This document shows, piece by piece, positions 63,547 to 64,000 of a stretch of DNA of 64,000 nt; the stretch's first letter is position 1; each line of letters starts with the position of its first letter. The notes under the pieces are model-generated. The model was not told the DNA's origin, ran no database searches, and worked only from the letters and a program-made list of their open reading frames with translations. Both the position numbers and the translations under genes were made by a program. Source of the DNA: Amoebidium appalachense (Eukaryota; Protista; Ichthyosporea); the NCBI GenBank assembly GCA_963693365.1, contig CAVNZM010000016.1, forward strand, positions 1,495,538 through 1,559,537, in the 5' to 3' direction.

Positions 63547-63864
63547 TTCCCCTCCCTTCAATCGTGCAGAAGAGTTTTAGTTTTGCTTCATACCATGCGG
63601 ATAGCAAAGTTTGACTCCGCAGAAGCATCGATGCCTCCTTTCTCCAGCAGGGCAGCCACAACCTCCGTGCGGCCATTTCTGGACGCCAACTTAATACAGG
63701 CATTGTCGCGTTCACACGGGCTGCATCTGACATTCTCAAGCAGAATTTTTACGATGTCAAGGTGGCCGTTCCAGCAACTCCACCGCAGTGCGTAGTTTTT
63801 GGCTGCCCCAGGGTTGACCGCCTCCTGCTTGAGCAAGTACTCGACCACTTCTTTGTGGCCGTAC
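52922..63864 (-). CDS. Ankyrin-repeat protein (>=20 repeats) with Pro/Thr-rich linker and C-terminal C2 domain; 5' end lies beyond the window
   Basis: Phase-consistent exons: 63594-63864, 62801-63140, 62170-62305, 60786-60959, 59930-60222, 58886-59125, 57871-57959, 57353-57586, 56485-56626, 55995-56050, 55252-55563, 54457-54627, 52922-53227. Repeats follow DPSA.DN.A.R.AA.NGH..VV..LL. C2-like end: [12 protein letters not shown]...KTK...CQWD..LAFTV...[23 protein letters not shown]...WMSL...[10 protein letters not shown]. Confidence 0.9.
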
Positions 63865-64000
63865 CTGTAGATTGTGAAGGAAATCAACCCGATGAGTGAC
63901 GAAAGCATACGAAAGAATCTAGATCGAAAATAGTAAAAATGAAATGCTTGGGCTTGTATCCGATTGAAGTGGATTAATTTCCCTTAGCACTTCCAATGTG

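Overview
Eukaryotic, intron-rich DNA saturated with poly-G/poly-C tracts and (CA)n/(GA)n microsatellites; most ORFs in the supplied track are simple-repeat artefacts. An animal-type GRAMD1 C-terminus hints at a holozoan/opisthokont, but the taxon cannot be fixed. Manual GT-AG exon chaining gives six genes: (1) GRAMD1/Aster-like, ~20 exons, minus, 3405-23510; (2) LYRM2, 4 exons, plus, 23874-27665, head-to-head with GRAMD1; (3) LURP-one/Tubby-C-like, 4 exons, plus, 29730-34189; (4) KCTD-type BTB plus propeller-like, minus, 35889-38888, with a suspicious in-frame TGA; (5) a 96-aa single-pass membrane protein, minus, 46300-46590; (6) a >=20-ankyrin-repeat plus C2 gene, minus, from 52922 to beyond the window end. 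Mobile DNA includes a decayed DIRS-type RNase H plus adenine-methyltransferase-like fragment, a miniature Copia-type LTR element with a 30-nt half-tRNAi-Met primer site, and a 450-bp intronic foldback. The most unusual signals are a diverged intronic repeat family with fixed orientation relative to host transcripts and repeated degenerate copies of exon/splice-site fragments in neighbouring introns. All assignments come from reading the sequence by eye; no searches were run.
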